64,000 bases of DNA from an uncultured Candidatus Saccharibacteria bacterium (GTDB lineage Bacteria; Patescibacteriota; Doudnabacteria; UBA920), in NCBI GenBank assembly GCA_964436545.1, contig CAYTCJ010000001.1, positions 14,392 to 78,391 on the forward strand, written 5' to 3'. A program made the position numbers and the translations under genes. Positions 56,557 through 64,000 of the stretch are shown here, in pieces (position 1 is the stretch's first letter; the number at the start of each line of letters is the position of its first letter). The notes beneath the pieces are model-generated. The model was not told where the DNA came from, searched no databases, and saw only the letters and a list, made by a program, of their open reading frames with translations.

Positions 56557-57840
56557 ATGTTAGAAAATAAAAATCCAGACTCTAAAGAATTATTAACTCA
56601 AGATATGCTTAAGCATAGTTGGGTAGATTATCATCAACACTGGACCAGATATATTTGGCCTATAGTTTTAATTAGTTTGGCAGGTGGATTTTTTGGCGGA
56701 TTAATCAGCTTATATGGCATAAAACATAACCGTTTTTTAAACGAGTATTTTTTGGCGTCTAACTCAGTTTTGTCAAAGGAACCTCAAAATCGGACTGTGG
56801 TATTGGCTGAAGACTCCTCGGTGATAGATGTGGTTAAACAGGCCAGTCCAGCCGTGGTTTCTATTGTGGTAACTAAAGACATAAGCAAGTTAAGGCAATT
56901 TGGGTTTAATCCTTTTGAAGATGATTTTTTTGATCTGTTTGGAAGCACGCAAAAGCCCAAAAGTAATGTGCCGGATATTCGACAAGTGGGCGCGGGGAGT
57001 GGGTTTTTTGTCAGTGCCGATGGTTTAATTTTAACTAATAAGCATGTTGTAGCGGATAGTCAGGCCTCTTATACTGTAATTACCAATGACGGTAAAGAGT
57101 ACGAAGCTAAAATTTTAACCACAGATTCCAGAAATGATTTAGCCATCATTAAAATTGAAATCGCAAAAAGTAATTTTTTAGAGTTTGCGCCTGCCGATAA
57201 TTTAACCGTGGGACAAAGAGTAATTGCCATTGGCAATTCTTTGGGGCAGTATCAGAATACTGTGACTACCGGAGTGATTTCGGGGATTGGGAGAAGTATT
57301 ATTGCCGGTTCCAGCGAGGGTACCGAACAACTAGAAGGGGTAATTCAAACTGACGCAGCCATTAACCCGGGTAATAGCGGTGGTCCGTTATTAAATTCCT
57401 TAGGTCAGGTGGTGGGGATTAATACCGCGGTGGATAATCAGGGGCAGTTAGTCGGGTTTGCCATTCCCGGACAAGATGCGAAAAAAGCTTTAGAAAGTTA
57501 TAAAAAATCAGGAAAAATTTCTCGCCCCTTTATTGGCGTAAGGTATATTATGTTATCGAAAGCTTTGGCGGAAAAAGAGCAATTGCCGAAAGATTATGGC
57601 GCGTTATTAATTAGGGGCGATAGCACAACCGATTTTGCCGTGGTGCCCGGCAGTCCGGCCGATAAAGCCGGCTTAAAGGAAAATGATATTATTTTAGAAA
57701 TTAATGGGGTAGAGTTAAAAAAAGAAAAGACTTTAGCCCAGGAGTTAAAGAAGTATGATGTAAATGCTGTTTTGAATTTAAAAATTTATAGTGGGGGGAA
57801 TGAGAGAATAGTAAGAGTGACTTTAGTAGAAGGTAAGTAA
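56557..57840 (+). CDS. htrA: HtrA/DegP serine protease with a PDZ domain
   Basis: GSGF, TNKHV, DLA, IQTDAAINPGNSGGPL and SPADKAGL. Confidence 0.93.
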   Translation: MLENKNPDSKELLTQDMLKHSWVDYHQHWTRYIWPIVLISLAGGFFGGLISLYGIKHNRFLNEYFLASNSVLSKEPQNRTVVLAEDSSVIDVVKQASPAVVSIVVTKDISKLRQFGFNPFEDDFFDLFGSTQKPKSNVPDIRQVGAGSGFFVSADGLILTNKHVVADSQASYTVITNDGKEYEAKILTTDSRNDLAIIKIEIAKSNFLEFAPADNLTVGQRVIAIGNSLGQYQNTVTTGVISGIGRSIIAGSSEGTEQLEGVIQTDAAINPGNSGGPLLNSLGQVVGINTAVDNQGQLVGFAIPGQDAKKALESYKKSGKISRPFIGVRYIMLSKALAEKEQLPKDYGALLIRGDSTTDFAVVPGSPADKAGLKENDIILEINGVELKKEKTLAQELKKYDVNAVLNLKIYSGGNERIVRVTLVEGK

Positions 57841-57850
57841 TGATTAGAAT

Positions 57851-58237
57851 ATGAAAATATTAGGAATAGATTATGGTGAAAAGCGGATAGGTTTGGCCAT
57901 TAGTGATGAGTCCCAAACAGTTGCATTTGAATTGGATATTTTATCACCAAAAGAATTCTTTAATCAGATTCATCAGCTCATAAACAGTCAGCAAATCAGC
58001 AAGATAATTTTGGGATGGCCACTGAATATGAGCGGAGAAGAAACAAAAAAAACTAGAGAAGTAGAAAATTTTAAATTTAAAATTAAAAAAAAAACTGGCT
58101 TGCCTGTGGAAATTATTGACGAACGTCTTTCATCGCAAATGGCAGAGCACCTAAGCCACAGTAAAAAAAATTTAGACAGTCTGGCGGCTCAAATACTTTT
58201 GCAAAATTATTTAAATAAAAATTATGAAAAAAAATAA
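57851..58237 (+). CDS. ruvX: YqgF/RuvX pre-16S rRNA nuclease
   Basis: LGIDYGEKRIGLA, DERLSS and DSLAAQILLQ. Confidence 0.93.
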   Translation: MKILGIDYGEKRIGLAISDESQTVAFELDILSPKEFFNQIHQLINSQQISKIILGWPLNMSGEETKKTREVENFKFKIKKKTGLPVEIIDERLSSQMAEHLSHSKKNLDSLAAQILLQNYLNKNYEKK

Positions 58238-58796
58238 TTTTTTTAGTTTCAGGCAAAATTTAACTATAAATTTACATGGCAAGCAAGGGTTTACGCTTAT
58301 AGAGCTTTTAGTCGTGATTGCCATTATTGGTTTGTTAGCCTCAGTGGTTTTGGTTAGTTTGAATTCTGCCAGAGCTAAGGCGAGAGATACTAAAAGAAAG
58401 GCGGATTTAGCTCAAATTAGTAAGGCTTTGGAATTATATTACGACAAATATGGCACTTACATTACGGCTGGAGGTGGTTGGCGATCAACTCCTTCTAATC
58501 CGGCTACGGCTTGTGGTTGCGGGTGGCTCGGGTATCAAGATACCGGAAACTATACCTTGGCAGTAACCGCAGTATTAAAGAATGAGGGTTTTTTAAGTCA
58601 AAGTTTAATTGATGATCCCAAAGGTCCTAATCCGAGTTATATGATTTATACTTGTGGAGGTGCGGGAAATGCTCAGAGGTATAATTTATATGCTACGTTG
58701 GAAAATCCAACTACAGCGGAAACATTAGCTATTGATAGCAGTTGTGTGCCAACGCTTGATACTGATTATGGTAAAAATTATGTAATCGGAAATTAA
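58224..58796 (+). CDS. Type IV pilin / pseudopilin
   Basis: KQG-FTLIELLVVIAIIGLL class III signal, ARDTKRKADL and Cys pairs. Confidence 0.92.
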   Translation: MKKNNFFSFRQNLTINLHGKQGFTLIELLVVIAIIGLLASVVLVSLNSARAKARDTKRKADLAQISKALELYYDKYGTYITAGGGWRSTPSNPATACGCGWLGYQDTGNYTLAVTAVLKNEGFLSQSLIDDPKGPNPSYMIYTCGGAGNAQRYNLYATLENPTTAETLAIDSSCVPTLDTDYGKNYVIGN

Positions 58797-58864
58797 ATTT
58801 ACTAATTTCTAATTTTTGGTTCGCAAAGTTTTTTAGTAATAGTTGAGCTTTACCTGTTAATTTT

Positions 58865-59935
58865 ATGAGCGAGTTTCGACAAAATCCCATTTCTAAAGCC
58901 TGGGTCTTAATGGCTCCTTTAAGAGACAAACGGCCCGATGATTACAAGACTTATTCGGTAATGAATGGTGTTTTGGAAAAAGATAAAACTTGCGTTTTTT
59001 GTCCGGGTTTGGAAGATAAGAATGTGGAAATTGGCAGGTATGTTTACGAAGATTATGCGTTAATGCATAAACATTTAGACCAGCCCAAACCTACCTTAGC
59101 GTTTATTCCACCTTTAAGACAAGCAGTTAAAACCAGTCAAGATTGGGAACTGAGAGTGATTGAAAATAAATTTCCTTCTTTGGAGCATGCCGTAAGTTAT
59201 GCGCATAAGGAATTTTATTTTTCCACTACCGGTGCGGGCGATCATGAGGTGTTAATTTTAAGAAAACACAATGAGCCGGTGGCGCTTCAGTCCATTGCTA
59301 CGGTAGAATTAAGTTTAAGAGCTTTAATCCAAAGAATTAATACCTTATCTCGGCATCCGGAAAATGCTTATGTACAAGTGTTTCATAATCATGGGCGAGA
59401 TGCCGGTGCTTCTTTACTCCACCCCCACTATCAAATATTAGCTTTGCCAATTGTCCCTCCGCATATTCATAGTGAAATTATGGGTTGTCAACACTATTTT
59501 AATTTACACCAAAGCGATATTTACGGCGATATTATTCACGAAGAATTAAGTTTAAAAAGCCGAATTGTTCACGAAGATGAATATTTTGTGGTAGTGTGTC
59601 CATATGCGTCGCGCAAACCTTTTGAAATGTGGGTGTTGCCCAAAAGGCAGTGTGCCAGATTTGAAGCCCAAACCGAGGCGGAAGTGTATCACTTATCTTT
59701 TTTGCTTAAAGCGGTTTTAGGCCAATTATTTTTAAAATTAGGTGATCCGCCGTTAAATTTTTATGTGCATACGATGCCAAATTTAAAGGAGAGTAAAACT
59801 TATAACGAAAAAGCGTTCAGGTGGCATTTAACTATTTTTCCTCGGCTTACCATTTGGGCGGGATTTGAATACGCTACCGGTATTCCGGTAAATCCCATTT
59901 TGCCAGAGGTTAGCACTGAGTTTTTGAAAAAATAA
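58865..59935 (+). CDS. galT: Galactose-1-phosphate uridylyltransferase (GalT/HIT family)
   Basis: CVFCPG, ENKFP and GASLLHPHYQ. Confidence 0.88.
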   Translation: MSEFRQNPISKAWVLMAPLRDKRPDDYKTYSVMNGVLEKDKTCVFCPGLEDKNVEIGRYVYEDYALMHKHLDQPKPTLAFIPPLRQAVKTSQDWELRVIENKFPSLEHAVSYAHKEFYFSTTGAGDHEVLILRKHNEPVALQSIATVELSLRALIQRINTLSRHPENAYVQVFHNHGRDAGASLLHPHYQILALPIVPPHIHSEIMGCQHYFNLHQSDIYGDIIHEELSLKSRIVHEDEYFVVVCPYASRKPFEMWVLPKRQCARFEAQTEAEVYHLSFLLKAVLGQLFLKLGDPPLNFYVHTMPNLKESKTYNEKAFRWHLTIFPRLTIWAGFEYATGIPVNPILPEVSTEFLKK

Positions 59936-60033
59936 GAAACTAATTTACGCATGGAACAAATCTACTTATAGCAACGAATTTAACAAATTGACCTCATTCG
60001 TAGATTCGTCTAATTTCTAGATTAGATAATTTT

Positions 60034-60105
60034 ATGAAAAAACTTATCATAGCAAATTGTCCCTCCTTCGCTAAAGCTTCGAAGGATCTTCGAGAAACTT
60101 AACCC
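60034..60105 (+). pseudogene. Dead duplicate of the tpiA 5' end, disrupted by a 34 nt palindromic insertion
   Basis: aaaaaacttatcatagcaaattg and gaaacttaaccc both recur at 60117-60151; insertion at 60060-60093. Confidence 0.85.
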
Positions 60106-60110
60106 TCATT

Positions 60111-60818
60111 ATGCCAAAAAAACTTATCATAGCAAATTGGAAACTTAACCCAACGACTTTAAAAGAGGCGCAGAAGTTGGCGGAATCCATCAATAAAACC
60201 AAAAAGCATACGGTAGTTTTGTGTCCGCCAACTATTTATTTATCCCAAATTGATTTTCCCAACTTGGGAGCGCAAGATTGTTTTTGGACGGAGAAAGGTG
60301 CTTATACCGGCCAAGTGAGCACTGCCCAGCTTAAAGATTTAAAAGTTAAATATTGTTTGGTAGGGCATAGTGAGAAACGGGAATTTGGTGGCGATACAGA
60401 TGCGATTATTAACGCCAAAATTAAAAGTTGTTTGGCGAATAAAATTATTCCGGTTTTGTGCGTGGGTTTTAATACCACGGTTGAGCAGGACGATTTGGAA
60501 GTAATAGATATTTTAAAACAGCAATTAGAGGCGGGTTTAGCCGGAGTGGATACAGCTAAAGTAATTGTGGCGTATGAGCCGGTATGGGCCATTTCTTCAG
60601 GTAATCCATATGCAACTAAAAAAATTGCCACCCCAGAACATGCAGAAAAAATCGCAATTTTTATCAAATCCAAATTTGGTGTAAAAAAGGTGTTGTATGG
60701 TGGGAGCGTTAACCCCTCTAACGGAATGAATTTTTTAATTGAACCAAATATAGACGGATTGTTAGTGGGTGGTGCCAGTTTAATTCCCAGTCAGTTTAAT
60801 CAGATAATTAATTTATGA
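60111..60818 (+). CDS. tpiA: Triosephosphate isomerase
   Basis: ANWK, GHSE, AYEPVWAI, YGGSV and LVGGAS. Confidence 0.97.
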   Translation: MPKKLIIANWKLNPTTLKEAQKLAESINKTKKHTVVLCPPTIYLSQIDFPNLGAQDCFWTEKGAYTGQVSTAQLKDLKVKYCLVGHSEKREFGGDTDAIINAKIKSCLANKIIPVLCVGFNTTVEQDDLEVIDILKQQLEAGLAGVDTAKVIVAYEPVWAISSGNPYATKKIATPEHAEKIAIFIKSKFGVKKVLYGGSVNPSNGMNFLIEPNIDGLLVGGASLIPSQFNQIINL

Positions 60819-60926
60819 TCAAATCTACAAATTTGACGAATCAACGAATGACTACGTATATATGAATATGGTCATTTGTTAAATTTGTTGCTATGAGTAG
60901 ATTTGTTCCATTCGTAAATTCGAATT

Positions 60927-61376
60927 ATGATATACATTGCTTCGGATCATGCGGGGTTTGAGCTTAAAAAAGCAATAGTGGAATATTTAAAAGTTAAAGG
61001 TTTGGAATTTGCCGATTTAGGCCCTTTTGAGTTTAATAAAGAAGACGATTATCCGGATTGGATTTTTCCTTGCGCTCAAAAAGTGGCCGAAGAAGCGGGG
61101 TCCAAAGGGATTATTTTAGGTTCCTCAGGACAAGGTGAGGCGATTGTTGCCAATAAAGTTAAGGGCATTCGAGCGGTAGTTTTTTATGGCGGGGATATGG
61201 AAATAATTAGAAGAAGTCGCACGCATAATAATTCGCAAATCCTTTCTTTGGGGGCGAGGTATTTAACCTTGGAAGTTGCCAAGGAAGCGGTGGATTTATG
61301 GCTAAATACGCAGTTTGAAGGTGGTCGTCACGAACGCCGAATTAAAAAAATTACAGAATTAGAGAATCAAATTTAA
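60927..61376 (+). CDS. rpiB: Ribose-5-phosphate isomerase B family protein
   Basis: SDHAG, DDYPD, ANKVKGIRA, HNN and GRHERR. Confidence 0.93.
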   Translation: MIYIASDHAGFELKKAIVEYLKVKGLEFADLGPFEFNKEDDYPDWIFPCAQKVAEEAGSKGIILGSSGQGEAIVANKVKGIRAVVFYGGDMEIIRRSRTHNNSQILSLGARYLTLEVAKEAVDLWLNTQFEGGRHERRIKKITELENQI

Positions 61377-61482
61377 TCTTACCCCTTTTTTGTTAGTGGT
61401 AGATTTTTTAAAACTAAATTCTACAACAAAAAACCGATTTCAGATACATAGCAAAGTAATTTTCTGAAGTGACAAAATATTT

Positions 61483-62121
61483 ATGGCGCAAATTATTCCC
61501 GCAATTCTAGAAACTACCCTCCCGGGCTTTGAAAGAAGTCTGAATTTAGTATGTAAATTGCCCGGCCTTAACCGAATTCAAGTAGATTTTGGCGATGGCG
61601 AATTTATAGAAAATCGTTTGGTAAATGTAGCGGAAATAGATGCTTTGAATCCGGCTTTGGAGTGGGAGGCACATTTAATGGTTAAAGAACCTCAAGATTT
61701 TTTGGACTACCAAATTTGCGGGTTTAAAACTATTATTGTGCATTTTGAGGCTTTTCCATCAACTGACGCTTTAAAAGCGACTTTGGAAACTATAAAAAAG
61801 ATGGGTTTTAAAACCGGAGTGGCTATAAATCCTTCAACATCAGTTAAGGTATTACAAGACATTACAGCAGACCAATATCTTATAATGAGCGTAGTTCCCG
61901 GTAAGCAAGGGCAGTTGTTTATTCTGTCTACAATAGAGAAAGTCAAGGAGTTAAGGCAAATGTTTCCACATGGTATAATAGAAGTAGATGGCGGAGTAAA
62001 TGAAACTAACATTAAAAGTTTAAAAGATGCCGGTGTAGACTTAATTTGTGTGGGCTCGGCTTTGGTAAAAGCTCCGGATGTGAGTTTGGCTTACGCACAT
62101 TTGGAAGATGAGATTGTATGA
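61483..62121 (+). CDS. rpe: Ribulose-phosphate 3-epimerase
   Basis: VDFGDG, AHLMV, MSVVPG and EVDGG. Confidence 0.92.
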   Translation: MAQIIPAILETTLPGFERSLNLVCKLPGLNRIQVDFGDGEFIENRLVNVAEIDALNPALEWEAHLMVKEPQDFLDYQICGFKTIIVHFEAFPSTDALKATLETIKKMGFKTGVAINPSTSVKVLQDITADQYLIMSVVPGKQGQLFILSTIEKVKELRQMFPHGIIEVDGGVNETNIKSLKDAGVDLICVGSALVKAPDVSLAYAHLEDEIV

Positions 62122-62173
62122 ATTATGAATAGTGAGGTATGAGGTATGAATCGTGAATAATAGAAAAGAAAAA

Positions 62174-62521
62174 ATGAAAATATTTAGTTTGGAAACAAAA
62201 AAGCATTTGGTGGGGTGGGCGATAGTTTTAGGTTTTATTATAAATATAATAATACTTAAAACCGTACTTTTTAAAGAGTCTTGCTCAGTAACTCCTGAAG
62301 ACAGTTTAGTCCCTTGGGCGGGTTTGCGGATTTGTAAGTATTCAACTGGTATTCCGTTCCGTGTAGTATTTAATTATTTTGAACTTAGGAATGATGGACC
62401 TGTGCATAATTTAAATTATTTTTTGAATATTGTTTTTTGGATTTTTGTAGTTTTAATAGTTTTAAGTGTAGTTAGACATTTTAGAAAGAAAAGTAATCAA
62501 AATATTATAAGCAAAAGGTAG
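62174..62521 (+). CDS. Hypothetical two-TM membrane protein
   Basis: Two hydrophobic helices around a Cys-containing loop (GIPF motif); very AT-rich. Confidence 0.65.
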   Translation: MKIFSLETKKHLVGWAIVLGFIINIIILKTVLFKESCSVTPEDSLVPWAGLRICKYSTGIPFRVVFNYFELRNDGPVHNLNYFLNIVFWIFVVLIVLSVVRHFRKKSNQNIISKR

Positions 62522-62556
62522 CAAGATGCAGTATTCTTTTTGTATTTTGAGAGAGG

Positions 62557-62772
62557 GTATATCACCCCCCCAGCCCCCCTCTTACCCTAAGAGGGGGAAG
62601 ACTGCAAAGAATGAGCCATTAATCTACTTAACCCTAAGAGGGGGAGATATCACCCCCTAACCCCCTCTTACATTAAGAGGGGGGTCTGCAAAGAATCACC
62701 CCCTATGTCAGTCGTTTATGATTAACATGAGCTCCTATACGAAGTAAACCTAATCTCCTCTTAAGGTAAGAG
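62557..62772. repeat. Cluster of CCCCTCTTA-nnn-TAAGAGGGG REP-like palindromes
   Basis: About four copies with repeated tatcaccccc and ctgcaaagaat flanks. Confidence 0.85.
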
Positions 62773-62788
62773 AAAAAAAATGTAAAAC

Positions 62789-63631
62789 ATGCCTAAACTA
62801 ACCATCAACGAAATAAAACACAAAGCTAATCTTATTAGACAAGATATTATTGAAATGCTACTTCAAGCCGGTAGTGGCCACAGTGCCGGGCCTTTGGGTA
62901 TGGCAGAGGTGTTTGCATGTTTGTATTTTGAAGTTTTACAACATAATCCTAAAAGTCCGACAGATGAAAATCGGGATCGGGTAGTGTTATCTTGCGGGCA
63001 TATTTGTCCTGTGCTTTACGCCAGTTTGGCGGAGAGTGGTTATTTTCCCAAAGAAGAACTGAAAACTTTACGGCAATTAAATTCTCGTTTGCAGGGTCAT
63101 CCGCATAATTTGGCTTTGCCGGGCATAGAAACTTCTAGCGGTCCGTTAGCACAAGGGGTGAGCCAAGCCGTGGGTATGGCTTATGGGTTAATGATGGATG
63201 GGAGAAAAAGCCAAAGAGTTTATTTAATTATGTCCGATGGCGAACAACAAGAAGGTCAGGTTTGGGAAGGTGTAATGTTTGCCGGTAAATATCGTTTGCA
63301 TAATTTAACCGCGTTTATAGATAGAAACAATATTCAAATTGATGGCAATACCGAAGATGTGATGCCACTAGGTGAACTGAAGGCTAAATATGAAGCATTT
63401 AATTGGCACGTCATAGAAGTAGACGGACATAACCCACAAAAAATAATTGATGCTTGTTATGAAGCTAAGGCCATTTACGAAAAGCCCACAGTCATTATTG
63501 CCCATACGATTCCGGGGAAAGGTGTGGATTTTATGGAAGGAGATTATAAGTGGCATGGAATGCCTCCCAACAAAGACCAAGCCGAAAGAGCTTTAAGTCA
63601 ATTAAAGATGCTCGGAGGTAGTGATGCTTGA
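62789..63631 (+). CDS. Transketolase N-terminal subunit
   Basis: SGHS, LSCGH, LQGHP and the SDGEQQEG...DRN TPP-binding motif. Confidence 0.95.
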   Translation: MPKLTINEIKHKANLIRQDIIEMLLQAGSGHSAGPLGMAEVFACLYFEVLQHNPKSPTDENRDRVVLSCGHICPVLYASLAESGYFPKEELKTLRQLNSRLQGHPHNLALPGIETSSGPLAQGVSQAVGMAYGLMMDGRKSQRVYLIMSDGEQQEGQVWEGVMFAGKYRLHNLTAFIDRNNIQIDGNTEDVMPLGELKAKYEAFNWHVIEVDGHNPQKIIDACYEAKAIYEKPTVIIAHTIPGKGVDFMEGDYKWHGMPPNKDQAERALSQLKMLGGSDA

Positions 63632-63905
63632 GGGTAAAAATATTTTTAAGTTTAGTGAGAGATTAAAAAGAGCCGAGCAAGATCCAAGGTGGCAGGCGAT
63701 TAAGTTATACACTTTAAAACAAATGATCTTGGCAGAATTAAGTTCCGATGATGTGGTAGAAAGGAATTATTTAAATACTTGTAACACACTTGAGGCCTGT
63801 AAAAAATTTGCTCAGGATTGCGGGATTTATATTTCTGATGATGAATTGCGTCAGCAAGCAGTGTTAAATTTTGTGCAAGTAAGCGATGGAATATTAAATT
63901 TATAA
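63621..63905 (+). CDS. Hypothetical protein between the transketolase subunits
   Basis: 94 aa ORF overlapping the tkt N-subunit stop, GGAGG upstream. Confidence 0.6.
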   Translation: MMLEGKNIFKFSERLKRAEQDPRWQAIKLYTLKQMILAELSSDDVVERNYLNTCNTLEACKKFAQDCGIYISDDELRQQAVLNFVQVSDGILNL

Positions 63906-63908
63906 TTT

Positions 63909-64000
63909 ATGATGCAACTGAATTCAAAAATTGGCCAAAATGATATTGAGCAAATTCCCACCCGTAATGGTTATGGGGAAGCGCTTTTGGAATTGGGGGC
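63909..64000 (+). CDS. Transketolase C-terminal subunit, partial
   Basis: Read by hand: MMQLNSKIGQNDIEQIPTRNGYGEALLELG, a typical start of the pyrimidine-binding subunit. Confidence 0.8.
   Translation, partial: MMQLNSKIGQNDIEQIPTRNGYGEALLELG

Noticed and set aside
59040-59140. Apparent extra segment in GalT (YALMHKHLDQPKPTLAFIPPLRQAV)
   Set aside because: It may be an insertion, but I could not match it to any repeat family or clear palindrome without an alignment.
62557-62772. Possible CRISPR array
   Set aside because: Repeats vary in length and sequence, intervening segments are themselves repeated, and there are no cas genes; they belong to the dispersed CCCCTCT..AGAGGGG family.

Overview
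AT-rich bacterial chromosome segment typical of Patescibacteria (CPR): no rpmD/L30 in the spc operon, few Shine-Dalgarno sites, a CPR-type coupling-protein ATPase and a type IV pilin. It carries housekeeping genes (nfo, metG, tatD, leuS, tsaC, glyA, parB, dnaX, htrA, tpiA/rpiB/rpe/tkt), the str-S10-spc ribosomal protein cluster through secY, a complete LIV ABC transporter, a Zur-type zinc locus, tRNA-Leu(CAA) and tRNA-Pro(GGG). No CRISPR array, rRNA, transposase or prophage was seen. The most striking signal is non-genic: at least six families of 20-170 nt palindromic or short-period micro-elements saturate the window. They fill most ribosomal-protein spacers, sit in-frame inside essential genes, nest inside each other and occur as filled/empty site pairs. 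They also interrupt a tRNA-Pro remnant whose anticodon region now contains an intact tRNA-Pro, and they flank a GxxExxY PD-(D/E)XK nuclease gene like a cassette. Other highlights are a whole RBBP9/YdeN-like serine hydrolase inserted into LeuRS, a 1.9 kb structured non-coding region with a leader peptide and tRNA-like four-way junctions, and duplicated gene starts next to disruptive insertions. All calls are by eye; no searches were run.
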